UHGV virus genome: UHGV-0371537
Direction: 5' to 3' (one strand)
Origin: a virus
Length of the DNA stretch: 64,000 bases
The notes beneath the pieces were generated by a model. That model was not told the DNA's origin, made no database searches, and saw nothing but the letters and a program-made list of their open reading frames with translations. The position numbers and the translations under genes are program-made. Shown here piece by piece: positions 62,988-64,000 of the stretch. Within the stretch, counting starts at the first letter, position 1, and every line of letters starts with the position of its first letter.

Positions 62988-64000
62988 TTATAGGCCAAGA
63001 GCCTTTTCAAGGTCATCAAGATCTTCAGCGTACAGATCAATGTCCTCTTTCTTACTTAATTCCTTGTGTTGTGCTTCAAGGTTCTCAATCTGCTTGAGTA
63101 GGCGCTCACGGGCATCCAAGGTGATGGATGATAGAGGCATCTTGAACAATTCGTCAAGGTCACCATCAAAGTCTGGGTAGTCTGTCTGGAACAATGCCTT
63201 CAGCTCATCAAGACTGCGTCGTAGGTCAGTCACCACAGCCCATGCAATAAACAGGGCACGATTGTTCAGCTTACGAATTCTGTCGGCCATATCCTTCAAC
63301 AGATACTGGCGACGGTCTTCATACCGTGACAGGCGATAGTTGAAGAACGGCAACAACATATCCTGCCAACCAGCATAACGATGGATTACCCCGTCTTCAT
63401 CCCATGCTGTCCAAACAGGCTTGTTGGCAGAGTACAACTTGAACATCTGCTCAACCTGTTCATCACTCAGCTTAGAGAGTTCACCCCGCTTGAATACAAC
63501 CGTGATATCCCAGCCGTCTTCGGTCGTGTCGTTGGCGTACTCGGTCAGGATACCAGCCTTGTACAGAGGCAGCAACACCTTGGTCTCATAGGTCTTGGCA
63601 AACCAACCCACTGGGACTTCGGTGATATGCAGGGTGGTGGCATTGACGCGACGGAAGATGCCGCGACTGTATGCCCTTCCTTCCTCAGTATAGCCTGTCT
63701 CCCCTTTGTAGCCGTTCCAGTACGGTTTTAAGTCTTTCGGGTCTTCGCCACGGAGAAGCGCTCTCAGGGCACTGAGCACGGACTTAACGCAATGACAAGG
63801 GGTGTCGGTGGAATATCCGGTGCCGATACCATTGATCCCATTCACCAGGAACATGGGTAGGATGGGCAGGAAGAACTTCGGCTCCAGTCTTTCTTCACCA
63901 AGGTAATTGTATTCTAAAATACCCTCATCCTCCTTACGGAAGATCTTGCGGATAACATCAGACACAGCCACCGAAATGTAACGTGCCGACGACGCGTCGC
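62988..64000 (-). CDS. 52: DNA topoisomerase II GyrA-like subunit (gp52-like), partial; N-terminus beyond window
   Basis: FLVNGINGIGTGYSTDTP matches GyrA/ParC motif [21 protein letters not shown]; frame open to window end. Confidence 0.6.
   Translation of the reverse strand, partial: DASSARYISVAVSDVIRKIFRKEDEGILEYNYLGEERLEPKFFLPILPMFLVNGINGIGTGYSTDTPCHCVKSVLSALRALLRGEDPKDLKPYWNGYKGETGYTEEGRAYSRGIFRRVNATTLHITEVPVGWFAKTYETKVLLPLYKAGILTEYANDTTEDGWDITVVFKRGELSKLSDEQVEQMFKLYSANKPVWTAWDEDGVIHRYAGWQDMLLPFFNYRLSRYEDRRQYLLKDMADRIRKLNNRALFIAWAVVTDLRRSLDELKALFQTDYPDFDGDLDELFKMPLSSITLDARERLLKQIENLEAQHKELSKKEDIDLYAEDLDDLEKALGL

Noticed and set aside
1-64000. CRISPR array
   Set aside because: The recurring TTCAATAA octamer and hairpins are not regularly spaced direct repeats with unique spacers; no array-like structure was seen.
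1-64000. tRNA or rRNA genes
   Set aside because: Intergenic regions are mostly under 100 nt and those read by eye (for example 19088-19283, 29637-30145, 37336-37547) show promoter/terminator hairpins rather than cloverleaf features; a covariance-model scan was not possible, so short tRNAs cannot be fully excluded.
1-64000. Integrated prophage or transposon boundaries
   Set aside because: No integrase, transposase, att-like repeats or host-type genes; gene content and order are those of a lytic T4-like phage throughout.

Overview
This 64-kb window reads as part of a T4-like (Tevenvirinae-type) myovirus genome: about 95 tightly packed genes on both strands, with no rRNA, tRNA, CRISPR array, integrase or transposase that I can support. 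Recognisable core genes are late sigma factor gp55, Mre11/Rad50-like gp47/gp46, primase gp61, NrdA/NrdB with a small redoxin, PhoH, SSB gp32, a thymidylate-synthase-superfamily enzyme in the gene-42 position followed by dNMP kinase and dCTPase, UvsX, helicase gp41, DNA ligase, helicase loader gp59, dCMP deaminase, a partial topoisomerase II subunit, an HU-like protein, a DinG/XPD-like helicase, RNase HI, an endolysin, and structural modules (gp25, a gp5-like spike with a CHAP domain, a hub/tape-measure block, gp4). Between these lie accessory islands of small or unrecognisable genes. The best candidates for something undescribed are: (i) three adjacent proteins with T4-type capsid-targeting N-termini (13415-16714), likely virion-injected effectors, one compositionally mosaic; (ii) an early accessory block (about 55700-62950) with a macro-domain protein, a metallophosphatase, HTH proteins and many orphans; (iii) a nucleotide-modification module with no obvious glycosyltransferase; (iv) a recurring regulatory cassette (terminator hairpin plus TTTACT-N17-TATACT/TATTAT promoter, the octamer TTCAATAA/TTATTGAA, and hairpins with an embedded TATAAT). 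All calls come from reading the ORF translations and motifs by eye; no database search or computation was run, so family names are recollection-based and short-motif coordinates may be off by a base or two.
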